A stretch of 22,736 nt of DNA from an uncultured archaeon (GTDB lineage: Archaea > Asgardarchaeota > Thorarchaeia > Thorarchaeales > Thorarchaeaceae), in NCBI GenBank assembly GCA_964648855.1, contig CAZYLT010000027.1:1-22736 (forward strand), written 5' to 3'. A program made the translations under genes and the position numbers. Below, piece by piece: positions 1-9,111 of this stretch. The notes under the pieces are model-generated. The model worked only from the letters and a program-made list of their open reading frames with translations, did not search any database and was not told the DNA's origin. How positions within the stretch are numbered: position 1 is the stretch's first letter; the number at the start of each line of letters is the position of its first letter.

Positions 1-981
1 GAGGAGGTATTCGTTGGAGCACTTCCTTGGTATCATAGCTACGGTCTGACCCTTACACTATTGATGAGCACGTACTTAGCAGGTCAATTAGTATGTATTC
101 CAGACCCGCGTGCTGGAAACCCGCCATTATCTGATTTGCTCAGAGATTTGGAGAAGTATAGAGGTACAATTCTAAATTGTGTCCCTGCATTGTACGCAGG
201 AATCGTGAACCATCCCAACGTAGATGATTATGATTTGACGTCTATCAAAATATGTAGCTCGGGAGCGGCACCTTTGCCACCGGAATTAGCCAAAAACTTC
301 GAAGACGTCACAGGAGCAATACTGTTCGAGGGCTACGGTCTCAGTGAAACCTCACCAGTAACTCATGTCAATCCAACAAATAAGCGTGACAGGAAATTTG
401 GTTCTATCGGCCTGCCAGTACCTGATACGATTGCGAAGATTGTTGATGCTGAAACCGGTACAAAAGACCTCGGAGTGGGAGAAACTGGAGAAATATCGAT
501 ACACGGACCACAGGTCATGATGGGCTACTATGGAAAACCTGACGAAACTGAGAATGTCATGCGAGAATTCGAAGGCAAACGGTTCTTCCTGACTGGTGAC
601 ATTGGTCATATGGATAGTGAAGGATATTTCGTCATTTCTGATCGAAAAAAGGACATGATTAACGTGGGCGGATTGAAGGCATATCCTCGCGAGATTGAGG
701 ATGTGTTCTATGAACATCCCAAGATAGCCATGGCTGCAGCCATCGGGGTCCCACGTGAAGATGACCCATCCAATGAGTATGTGAAAGCATTCATTGTACC
801 AAAGGACGATGTCGAAGTCACACCGGAGGAGTTCATAGAGTGGGCACGGGAACGAATGGCAGGATACAAGAGACCCCGAGAGGTTGATATCGTTGATTCG
901 CTTCCCCTAAGTCAGGTGGGTAAGGTTCTAAGACGGGAACTCCGAAAACAAGAACTTGAGAAGAGAGGAATGGCGGACTGA
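1..981 (+). CDS. fadD: Long-chain fatty acid--CoA ligase (AMP-binding family), 5'-truncated by window edge
   Basis: Frame is open from base 1 (EEVFVGALPWYHSYGLT...). ANL motifs SSGAAPLP, EGYGLSETSP, TGDIG, DRKKDMI and GKVLRR. Confidence 0.9.
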   Translation, partial: EEVFVGALPWYHSYGLTLTLLMSTYLAGQLVCIPDPRAGNPPLSDLLRDLEKYRGTILNCVPALYAGIVNHPNVDDYDLTSIKICSSGAAPLPPELAKNFEDVTGAILFEGYGLSETSPVTHVNPTNKRDRKFGSIGLPVPDTIAKIVDAETGTKDLGVGETGEISIHGPQVMMGYYGKPDETENVMREFEGKRFFLTGDIGHMDSEGYFVISDRKKDMINVGGLKAYPREIEDVFYEHPKIAMAAAIGVPREDDPSNEYVKAFIVPKDDVEVTPEEFIEWARERMAGYKRPREVDIVDSLPLSQVGKVLRRELRKQELEKRGMAD

Positions 982-993
982 ATCCGTCAACGC

Positions 994-1010
994 CTCTTTT
1001 CTTTTTCCCC
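994..1010 (+). terminator. Pyrimidine/T-rich tract after fadD, probable archaeal terminator
   Basis: cctcttttctttttccc about 13 nt after the stop, between convergent genes. Confidence 0.4.
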
Positions 1011-1063
1011 CTTAGAAAGCTGAGAACTCGGTGTATCATTAGAATGAGATGCTTTGATAGCGT

Positions 1064-1597
1064 CTATTCCTCTACATCGTCCACTAGCAGCTTCTTATGC
1101 TGCCTACCGAGTTCAATGTAGAGTTCGGCATTGTTTTTGAATGACTCTCTGAGGGCCTCCGGCACCTCTTTAACCACTTTGCCAGGTATTCCTAATACTA
1201 GCGAGTTTGGAGGGATTTCGGTATTCTCAGTAACTACAGCACCTGCGCCAATCACACTATTGTGACCAATTCTTGAGCCAGATAGTACAATAGAGCCAAT
1301 ACCTACCACAACATAGTCTTCAATTTTTGCGCCATGGATCACACAATTATGACCAGCTGTAACATAGTCACCAATCTCGGTGGGATTCATGAACTCCGTG
1401 TGAACAGTTGCATTGTCCTGAATGGAAGTTCCTTGTCCAACTCTAATATAATTCATATCTCCTCGCAACACAGCAAATTCCCAAATACTGCTATCGGGAC
1501 CAATTTCAACATCGCCGATAATAGAGGCTTGTGGAGAAACATATGCATCTGGGTCCACCTTTGGGGTCTTGCCATCAAATTCATGAAGTCCCATCAT
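1064..1597 (-). CDS. Gamma carbonic anhydrase family protein (YrdA/CaiE-like hexapeptide repeat)
   Basis: IGDVEIG, VLRGD, IQDNATVH and GHNCVIHG (three Zn-ligand His), C-terminal LGIPGKVVK. Confidence 0.92.
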   Translation of the reverse strand: MMGLHEFDGKTPKVDPDAYVSPQASIIGDVEIGPDSSIWEFAVLRGDMNYIRVGQGTSIQDNATVHTEFMNPTEIGDYVTAGHNCVIHGAKIEDYVVVGIGSIVLSGSRIGHNSVIGAGAVVTENTEIPPNSLVLGIPGKVVKEVPEALRESFKNNAELYIELGRQHKKLLVDDVEE

Positions 1598-1695
1598 TCA
1601 AACACCATGAGCGGGGTACAATCTCATATCTATAAGAATATTGAAAGGTATTCGAATGAAATTGGTACCGATAATAAGTACTGTGAGGTCAGTAA

Positions 1696-2286
1696 GTGCC
1701 AGTCACTCCGCTCCATTACCCGATTTCCTATTTATTGAAGCGTATGGACTTGCGCCTTTCCCTCCCTGCAATGGCAGTTGGGACGGTCATTCCCGACTTA
1801 GAGGTCCCCATATTGTACTTCTTCTATCGAGGAGTATTTTTGGACCACTTCATTCTTCATAGTCTACTGGGCGCTCTAACACTAGGTCTTGGCATATCTC
1901 TGTTCACTGTTCGTTACTTCTATGCACCAATTGCAACAAAGGTATTTGGAATAGACCGAGAATTAGCAAAGGATGAATCAAGAATATCAGGAACTGTGGT
2001 ATTCTCTGCGATCATAGGGATACTAAGTCATCTTCTCCTGGACCTTACCTATCATTGGTACAATCCAATTTTCTGGCCGCTGGTTGATCCTTTGGCTGTA
2101 GTGGGACCACTCGCAATCTTACTTGCGCTGGACGGGAGTGTAAGGTTCACAGGATTTCTTCTGGCCAATATCCTTCTAAACACCATAATGGGGATACTCT
2201 GGATATTTGTTATATTAGAGGAAAAGGATAGAGGAATCTGGTACGGCCTTGTAGTAGGCGAACACCCTACCGATATTGGCGGATAA
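1696..2286 (+). CDS. Membrane-bound metal-dependent hydrolase-like protein (DUF4184/YdjM-like)
   Basis: MPxTPxH start, PDLE, HSLLG and SHLLLD motifs, several hydrophobic helices. Confidence 0.7.
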   Translation: MPVTPLHYPISYLLKRMDLRLSLPAMAVGTVIPDLEVPILYFFYRGVFLDHFILHSLLGALTLGLGISLFTVRYFYAPIATKVFGIDRELAKDESRISGTVVFSAIIGILSHLLLDLTYHWYNPIFWPLVDPLAVVGPLAILLALDGSVRFTGFLLANILLNTIMGILWIFVILEEKDRGIWYGLVVGEHPTDIGG

Positions 2287-2290
2287 GGAG

Positions 2291-3076
2291 TTATTTTTTC
2301 GTTGGCGTCTTTCTAGCTCTGACGACAATATTCCTTGAGGTGATTGGGTCAAAATCAGATTCGTCATAGTCTTGATAGATTTCAACTATGCCAAGCCCAG
2401 CAGATTCCAGTAGACTCATTATTGTTGGCATGTCCATTTGGATAACCTGTCTTATGGACACCAGTGGTTTCCAGCTCTCACTAGTCTCAATCAGCGCCGT
2501 CAATACAAGGTTAGTAGTTACGAATTTCTTAAGGTGTTCAAAAAATCGTACAAAGACAACTTCCTTGCCATCAGCCAGTCTGCCGTTCTTGAGAGGAAAG
2601 TACCGATCGTTCTTTCGTCGTATCGCTTCGAAGTTAAGGACTTGGAAGACTAGCGAGCCCTCATCTGAAAGAAGCCCAGCCACGCCAATTAGAACTTGCT
2701 CAACGACTTCTAGAGAGGGAAGAAGGGACAATGAATTACCCAAACAGATAACCAAATCGAATACTTCATCGAATATACTATCCAAGTTAGTCATATCATC
2801 TTGAATGAATTTGATTGGTTGTCCATACTCTTCGCTGTATTTTCGTGCTTGAGCAATCATTTGCTTGCTGTTATCCAACCCGATGACGCTCATTCCCTTC
2901 GTTGAAAGAGCAATTGCATGACGTCCAGTACCACATGCCATATCTAGGACACGAAACGGTTTTTCGCCATGAAAGGAGTCCAATACGAAGGGCATCTCAC
3001 GTTCCAGACGGGCATTCCAATCAATTGAACTATCGTAGGATTTGGCGAATAAATCAAAAGCTGACACCTTGTCCAT
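2291..3076 (-). CDS. Class I SAM-dependent methyltransferase
   Basis: VLDMACGTGRHA, GLDNSKQMI and FDLVICLGNSL motifs. Confidence 0.92.
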   Translation of the reverse strand: MDKVSAFDLFAKSYDSSIDWNARLEREMPFVLDSFHGEKPFRVLDMACGTGRHAIALSTKGMSVIGLDNSKQMIAQARKYSEEYGQPIKFIQDDMTNLDSIFDEVFDLVICLGNSLSLLPSLEVVEQVLIGVAGLLSDEGSLVFQVLNFEAIRRKNDRYFPLKNGRLADGKEVVFVRFFEHLKKFVTTNLVLTALIETSESWKPLVSIRQVIQMDMPTIMSLLESAGLGIVEIYQDYDESDFDPITSRNIVVRARKTPTKK

Positions 3077-3089
3077 ATAACCCCCTCTT

Positions 3090-3470
3090 CTAGCTATTCG
3101 TCTTCAAGGAATTCACTTGAGAGAGAAGTGGACCTAGAATGTATTCAGTTCTGAATCTAATTTCTTCTGTCAGTTGCATGAGATTCTCCCTTCCCTCTTC
3201 GGTTATCCTGTAGGATCTACGTCGTCGGCCAGTTTTTTCCCTTACAGATTGTACAAGCTCTTCTCTTTCGAGAGCACGGAGCTCTGCATATATTGTTCCT
3301 GATTTTAGCTCAACCTGTTCATCCGTGAACTCTGACACTATTCCCATCAAGTCATAACCCGTAGAGTCAGGATTTTGCCAAATGGAAACGAGAAGGAGAG
3401 CTCTAACAAGAGGTAATGGTTCCAGTGGGCTCCTATTAGATTCTGTCATTACTTCGCTCTCATTGTTCAC
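3090..3470 (-). CDS. PadR-family transcriptional regulator
   Basis: TGYDL...SGTIYAELRALEREELV...RRRSYRITEEGR, the PadR wHTH signature. GTG start; ATG 3449 is an alternative. Confidence 0.88.
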   Translation of the reverse strand: MNNESEVMTESNRSPLEPLPLVRALLLVSIWQNPDSTGYDLMGIVSEFTDEQVELKSGTIYAELRALEREELVQSVREKTGRRRRSYRITEEGRENLMQLTEEIRFRTEYILGPLLSQVNSLKTNS

Positions 3471-3486
3471 GCATTTACTGCTAGTA

Positions 3487-3498
3487 AAGGATATCCTT
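3487..3498. promoter_or_regulatory. Perfect 12-bp palindrome AAGGATATCCTT upstream of padR, candidate operator
   Basis: Seen directly, about 17 nt upstream of the padR start and abutting a second inverted repeat TTTACT-N3-AGTAAA (3474-3488). Confidence 0.35.
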
Positions 3499-3527
3499 GT
3501 TTGTTGTCATACTTGAGAGTTGCCATT

Positions 3528-4022
3528 CTACTGCGGTAAAGCTTCTATGGTGCTGAGAGCAGCAGTATAACCGCTGAGCAATAGAACTGCAATGCCAAGA
3601 ATAATATTCAACACGAGCAGGACCATTCCCAATTTTTCTTGCTTTTGCATTGTTCCTGGCGTCATTCGGGATAGTAGCATGTTCCGAACCAATGAAACAA
3701 CCACCATGATTACAATCAATATGTGCTTGGTTGCCAAGAGCATTGAATAGATGTTGCTGAATGCGAGATAGCCCTCAAACAGAGGGGATGAATTGCTGAT
3801 GAAAACGCCTGTTACAAATAGACCTACGATACTAACTAAAGCAACACGGCTTAGCCGTCTTCTGATAGCATCAGTGGCACTTTTCATTTCGGGACCTTTT
3901 CCTAGTGTATTACGTAGAGAAGGTAATACAACAATTCCGAGAATCAGCATCCCACCAATCCATAGAACTGTAAAAAGGTCGTGAAGAAATTTCATCAACC
4001 CTAGTATAATTAAATCAGCCAT
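3528..4022 (-). CDS. Four-TM membrane protein, CopD/DUF4149-like
   Basis: FLHDLFTVLWIGG, LFVTG and Y-x-x-LLATKH motifs typical of CopD-like proteins. GGTGA RBS upstream. Confidence 0.7.
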   Translation of the reverse strand: MADLIILGLMKFLHDLFTVLWIGGMLILGIVVLPSLRNTLGKGPEMKSATDAIRRRLSRVALVSIVGLFVTGVFISNSSPLFEGYLAFSNIYSMLLATKHILIVIMVVVSLVRNMLLSRMTPGTMQKQEKLGMVLLVLNIILGIAVLLLSGYTAALSTIEALPQ

Positions 4023-4117
4023 GAAATCACCGATATGTTGTCATGCAATATGTAGATAATAAATATATTGGATTGTATATAAATTGTGTTCTAGGTCCGG
4101 AAATGGAGATCACTGAG

Positions 4118-4921
4118 TTAGTCCCGGTAGACATCCTCCTTCGAAAACAAGACTCTACCTTCCATTCCACCAGCTACAGTTATTGTCTGACCACTGACAT
4201 GACCTGAGAGTACATCGGATGCCAAGTAGATTATTGCATTGGTTATGTCACTTGGAGTTGCCACCTTTCTCATTGGAATTGTCTGTAATATATTAGATAA
4301 TCTGTTTCTGTCTTCAAGTGCTTCCTCGGCCATGGGGGTGGCAGTCCAACCAGGATTTATGATATTTACCCGACCGTGACGAGCAATGTGAACTATCTCA
4401 TTTTTCAAACTCATCATTAGGCCGGTCATTCCAGCCTTTGATGTTGAATAGTCCGCAAACCAAGCCTCGCCAAAAACCCCTGCAGTAGATCCCACCAAAA
4501 TAAGCGAGGCGTCCTTTCCTGGATTCTCTTTTAGATTCTTGAAGAAATACTTCGCTGTCAGAAAGGTGCCTCGAAGATTAACTCTGAGTGTATTGTCCCA
4601 CTGCTCAGTTGTCATTTCATGAATTCCAACCGGAGTCGGGTTTGCAATACCTGCATTTGCGATAGATACATCCACTCTTCCGAATCGAGATACTGCAGAT
4701 TCGTACAAAGCGGCTATCTCTTCCTCCTGTTTCACATCAGCCTTCACCAAATTCAATGAATCGGGAAATTTGTGTGACAATTGATTCAACTGACGCTTCT
4801 TGGAATGGTAGCATGCAGATACCTTGGATTTTTCTTTCAGGAGTGATTTCACTGTCTGAATGCCAATACCACCAGAGGCTCCAGTAACAAGCACATGTTT
4901 ATTCATGAGTCCGATATTCAT
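4118..4921 (-). CDS. Short-chain dehydrogenase/reductase (classical SDR)
   Basis: TGASGGIG, ANAG, VNL, YSTSK catalytic motif and PGW. Start placed at ATG 4921 (GAAGG upstream) rather than 4942. Confidence 0.92.
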   Translation of the reverse strand: MNIGLMNKHVLVTGASGGIGIQTVKSLLKEKSKVSACYHSKKRQLNQLSHKFPDSLNLVKADVKQEEEIAALYESAVSRFGRVDVSIANAGIANPTPVGIHEMTTEQWDNTLRVNLRGTFLTAKYFFKNLKENPGKDASLILVGSTAGVFGEAWFADYSTSKAGMTGLMMSLKNEIVHIARHGRVNIINPGWTATPMAEEALEDRNRLSNILQTIPMRKVATPSDITNAIIYLASDVLSGHVSGQTITVAGGMEGRVLFSKEDVYRD

Positions 4922-5024
4922 AGCCTTCAGTAGCTCCTTCATGGGCAGTTGCTATTACAACTCTCTTCCAAATAACACATATGTTTTATTGTAATTACTA
5001 GACCATGGTGCTAGGTGAACCAGA

Positions 5025-6035
5025 TTGAGGGGACATCAGCTTCGAGCAATATGGAAACCCGAGATGTATCAGGGATCCATGAGTATGACTAGGTATTTTG
5101 AAGGCTGGTATTTCAAAATCGTCGATGCGTCGGAAAAAAATGCATTTGCAATAATCCCCGGGGTTTCTTTTGGGGGGATTGGAGAGGACAGCCATTCGTT
5201 TATTCAGATTATGAATGGGCGTGATGCGAGTTCTGAATATCATAGCTTCGGAATCGATGAGTTTTGGAGCTCAAAATCACAATTCTTGGTGAGGGTTGGA
5301 GATAATCAATTCAGTAAGCAGGGCATAAAACTGGGCCTACAAGATGATTCCCAGAAAGTAAGCGGGATTCTTAAGTTTGGAGAAACCAAGCCTTGGCCGG
5401 TCAGCCTCTTCTCACCAGGTGCAATGGGCCCCTTCCGATTTGTCCCAAAAATGCAGACATTGCATGGAATCATTAGTTTCGACCATGAAATCAAAGGAAC
5501 ATTAGAGGTAGACGGAAAAGAAATTGACTTTAATGGGGGGAGAGGGTACATTGAGAAAGACTTCGGAAAAGAATTTCCTAGCGCTTGGATTTGGATGCAG
5601 TCCAATAATTTTGATGATGCCAGGATATCTTTCACATCATCAATAGCCAATATTCCTTGGTTAGGCAGCTCCTTCGTTGGCTATTTGATAGGACTGCTCT
5701 ATGAAGAAGAGATTTACAGATTCACAACCTACACTGGTGCGCGTATCTCACAGCCAATTGTAACAGATAATTCAGTGAGCTTCACCGTAGTGGATAGAAA
5801 TTACGCAATTGATATCAAAGCTGTAAAAGCAAACTCAGCAACATTACATTCTCCTGTTCAAGGATTGATGACCGGTAGGATAGAGGAGAGTCTTGATGCA
5901 AGCATATCTGTGAAATTCTACCGGAGAAAGGGGGGAGTATGGGAGAAAAAATACGAGGGCTGTGGAACCAGTGCGGGCCTTGAGGTTACGGGCGATATGA
6001 AGGATATTGACGCCATTGAGATATCAAATGTCTAG
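5025..6035 (+). CDS. Tocopherol cyclase family protein
   Basis: YFEGWYFK, IPG, MGPF, HGIISFDH, GYIEKDFGKEFPSAWIWMQSN, SIANIPW and AGLEVTG. Confidence 0.85.
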   Translation: MRGHQLRAIWKPEMYQGSMSMTRYFEGWYFKIVDASEKNAFAIIPGVSFGGIGEDSHSFIQIMNGRDASSEYHSFGIDEFWSSKSQFLVRVGDNQFSKQGIKLGLQDDSQKVSGILKFGETKPWPVSLFSPGAMGPFRFVPKMQTLHGIISFDHEIKGTLEVDGKEIDFNGGRGYIEKDFGKEFPSAWIWMQSNNFDDARISFTSSIANIPWLGSSFVGYLIGLLYEEEIYRFTTYTGARISQPIVTDNSVSFTVVDRNYAIDIKAVKANSATLHSPVQGLMTGRIEESLDASISVKFYRRKGGVWEKKYEGCGTSAGLEVTGDMKDIDAIEISNV

Positions 6036-6535
6036 CCATCAGGAGAAGCTTTCCAGAGTATTTTATGAAACTTATCTATCAACACTTCTGGCCATGTTCC
6101 TATAGATCGAAGAAGAAGGTCAGCAGTCAATGTAGTGCCTTCGTCCATCTTGAGATCATTGAGTTCAGAACAGTGAAAGAGGGGGGAGAGGTCGACGGAC
6201 CGGATGTTATTGTTCCGTATATCGATTTCTTGCACGTAGGGACATTCGCTGAGAGGGTCGAAATCTATGTCTTCTAGCAGATTGTTCGATAATAGAAGAC
6301 TCTCAAGATTGACACATTTTGACAAGGGAGATAAATCAATCTCCGTGATTCGATTGCATCTAAGGCTAAGCTTTCGCAGTTTTGAACACCAGATTAATGG
6401 TAGGAGGTCAATAGACCGGATATCTCTAAGGTCCAAGTTTATGGCAGTTTCATTGATACTGATTCTCCTTGTATTCTCGATACCAGTGGTTGTACAATAT
6501 CTCACTAATACCTGATCCACATACAAATCCTCCAA
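6032..6535 (-). CDS. Leucine-rich repeat protein
   Basis: About four 22-aa repeats of L-x-x-L-x-L-x-x-N-x-I-x-x-IDLSPL-x-x-C. TTG start. Confidence 0.85.
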   Translation of the reverse strand: MEDLYVDQVLVRYCTTTGIENTRRISINETAINLDLRDIRSIDLLPLIWCSKLRKLSLRCNRITEIDLSPLSKCVNLESLLLSNNLLEDIDFDPLSECPYVQEIDIRNNNIRSVDLSPLFHCSELNDLKMDEGTTLTADLLLRSIGTWPEVLIDKFHKILWKASPDG

Positions 6536-6667
6536 GGCTCAGCAGTTCCCCCTTTCTAAACAGGGACCATTATACATCAATAATTTGCAAGATGATGTTG
6601 TGGTTCTTAAGAATTCGCTTTTTTGTCTTTTCGCCCCCGAATATATCTTGATGGCCATTTCTTCGTG

Positions 6668-6826
6668 CTACTCATTCAACTTAGCCCAACCATTACAAGG
6701 CGGGTAGAAAAGCCACCAATTCAAAGCACATGGTTCAATCCTCATTCTAACTCCACAATGCTCATTACTACATTTGAAGGTGCCTTTTTTCCAAAGAGCT
6801 CCACAAACTGGACACCAACGAATCAT
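6668..6826 (-). CDS. Small CPxCG zinc-ribbon-like protein (about 52 aa)
   Basis: MIRWCPVCG...CSNEHCG...; fills an otherwise empty gap. A longer TTG start at 6883 is possible. Confidence 0.5.
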   Translation of the reverse strand: MIRWCPVCGALWKKGTFKCSNEHCGVRMRIEPCALNWWLFYPPCNGWAKLNE

Positions 6827-7066
6827 CTCTGTAATCTCACTCCGAGACAGGCTATTGGGGTTGGTTGATGTTGTGAAGGTCAATGGACTCGGATATTATT
6901 CAGTTCTCGATAACTTAAGGGCATGAAGCTAAGAAGTATCGAACTAGATAGACAGTAACGGATTTTATTCGTATTTGTCTGATTAATCAATAATACAGAA
7001 GACAGATTCCTATATCGGTGTCAAAGCCCAAGTTTTTATCTTACGTAACCACCTTTCAGAAATGCC

Positions 7067-8449
7067 ATGAAGGAATACGATGTTCTAGTTGTCGGAGCGG
7101 GCGCTGCCAATAAAATCGCAGGAAAGGCACATGAAAACGGCCTTGATGTTGCTCTCGTAGAGAAGGATGCCCTCTTAGGCACATGCGTAAATGAGGGCTG
7201 TGTTCCAAGCAAGATGCTTATTCATGCAGCAGATGTCATTCGGGAAGCCAAAGAAGCGGACAGAATAGACGTGTCGTTGAGCCTACAAGAGGTGCGTTTC
7301 TACCAACTGATGGAAAGGATACGAGCAAGGCGTCAGAGGGTTGTCAAAGCTAAGACAAATATTATCAAGAAAAAGGAGGGTTATGACCTTTATGAAGGCA
7401 AAGGCGTCTTTATTGATGATTATCAGCTGGAAGTAAATGATGAGATTCTAACAGCAGATCAGATAGTCATTGCAACCGGCGCAAGACCGTCAATACCGCC
7501 AATCGATGGAATAGAGGAAGTTGATTACCTTACAAATCGGACTCTATTGGAATTGAAGCAGCAGCCTAGCAGGATAATCATCATTGGGGGTGGATACATC
7601 GGTGTAGAATATGCGCATTTCTTCTCAGCAATCGGTACTGAGGTGACTATCATCGGACGGAGCCCTCACCTTATCAAGAGCGAGGACCGTGATGTGTGTC
7701 AGCTTCTCAAGAATGAGCTTTCAAAACGAGTACAGATATACACAGGCTATGAAGCCAAGGAACTATCGCAGAATGGAGAAACAAAAAAGGTCATTGCCAG
7801 AGATATTGAAACTGGTGATGAAACAGAAGTAATGGGGGATATGATTCTGATAGCAACGGGAAGAACTCCGAATTCCGACATCACTAAACCAGAGAAAACT
7901 GGAGTGAAATCAGATGATAACGGATTCATCATCGTTGATGAGTATATGCGAACATCAAAGGAACGTATTTGGGCAACGGGTGATGCAACAGGAAATCAAA
8001 TGTTCAAGCATGTTGCAGATGAAGAAAACCGGATTGCATGGGAGAATATTAAGAGTGTTCTAAAGGGAAGGAGTGACTTGATTGCAATGGACTATTCCTC
8101 AATCCCTCTTGCACTGTTCACCAAGCCAGAAGTAGCAAGAGTTGGAATGACTTTGAGGGAGGCTCAAGAGAAATATTCCGAGCTTGTCATCGGAACAGAA
8201 GAATACGCCCGTGTGGTGATGGGAGAAGCAATGGGGAAGCCTAAAGGGTTTTGTAGGATTGTCGCCGATAGGAGAACCGAAAGGATACTTGGTGCAACTA
8301 TAATAGGACCTCATGCTTCAATTCTCTTGCAATCAATTATAAATGTCATATACAGCGGCAACAATAATTATCGAACATTGGGAAACGCAATTTACATTCA
8401 CCCATCTCTTTCTAAAATTGTAAGAAAAGCAGCTCTCAATATGAAATGA
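7067..8449 (+). CDS. Flavin-disulfide oxidoreductase (dihydrolipoamide dehydrogenase/mycothione reductase-like)
   Basis: VVGAG FAD motif, GTCVNEGCVPSK redox disulfide, IATGARP, GGGYIGVE, ATGD and C-terminal IHPSLS. Confidence 0.9.
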   Translation: MKEYDVLVVGAGAANKIAGKAHENGLDVALVEKDALLGTCVNEGCVPSKMLIHAADVIREAKEADRIDVSLSLQEVRFYQLMERIRARRQRVVKAKTNIIKKKEGYDLYEGKGVFIDDYQLEVNDEILTADQIVIATGARPSIPPIDGIEEVDYLTNRTLLELKQQPSRIIIIGGGYIGVEYAHFFSAIGTEVTIIGRSPHLIKSEDRDVCQLLKNELSKRVQIYTGYEAKELSQNGETKKVIARDIETGDETEVMGDMILIATGRTPNSDITKPEKTGVKSDDNGFIIVDEYMRTSKERIWATGDATGNQMFKHVADEENRIAWENIKSVLKGRSDLIAMDYSSIPLALFTKPEVARVGMTLREAQEKYSELVIGTEEYARVVMGEAMGKPKGFCRIVADRRTERILGATIIGPHASILLQSIINVIYSGNNNYRTLGNAIYIHPSLSKIVRKAALNMK

Positions 8450-8600
8450 AACGAAGTTCTGGCGTCATATAGATAGATACAAGAACTGGCATTCATTCAT
8501 GGAGTTTCCTAATTGCACTGGGAAAATCAAAATCATCAAAAATGATGCTTCCATCTGCTTTATTTATGGGTTGATTCCAAGAGGGTATTGAGGCGAAAAC

Positions 8601-9026
8601 ATGCTGATAAAACCGCTACTAGACGCGCTTGGATCTATGGATACAGAATTGCTTGCACATATTCATGATACTCTACCAGTTGAATTCTCAGTGATTGACG
8701 CAGACGACCAAGTTCTCTACTGGAATAAACATGGAGAACGTTTGTTTCCACGTGGGCCTGGAGTCATTGGCAAGAGTGTGCAAATGTGTCACCCAAAAGA
8801 GAGCCTTGACAAGGTAAACGAGGTCATCTCCTTATTGAGAACCGGCGAACGCGACCATATTGATTTCTGGATTGATATGCCCGAAGATGGTAAACCCAGA
8901 AAGATTTTGATTCGATATTATGCAATTCGGGATGCCGATGGAAATTATCTCGGGACTCTAGAATCTTCCATGAACATAACTCCCTTCAAATCAATTGAAG
9001 GTGAAAATCGACTTGGGGATATGTAA
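8601..9026 (+). CDS. Stand-alone PAS domain protein (PAS_10/DUF438-associated type)
   Basis: DTLPVEFSVIDADD, FPR...IGKSVQMCHP, FWI and IRYYAIRDADGNYLGTLE. Confidence 0.85.
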   Translation: MLIKPLLDALGSMDTELLAHIHDTLPVEFSVIDADDQVLYWNKHGERLFPRGPGVIGKSVQMCHPKESLDKVNEVISLLRTGERDHIDFWIDMPEDGKPRKILIRYYAIRDADGNYLGTLESSMNITPFKSIEGENRLGDM

Positions 9027-9111
9027 TCGTCAATTACAGGTTTTCATGAAGATAGCTAGTAGAGTAAGACCTGAGACAGACGATATAAGATAGGCTGGAA
9101 AATAGCAGATT

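Noticed and set aside
6536-6658. In-frame TGA (6539-6541) just upstream of the LRR ORF, suggesting selenocysteine read-through
   Set aside because: The upstream peptide looks non-coding, no SECIS is evident, and a purine-rich RBS precedes the TTG start.
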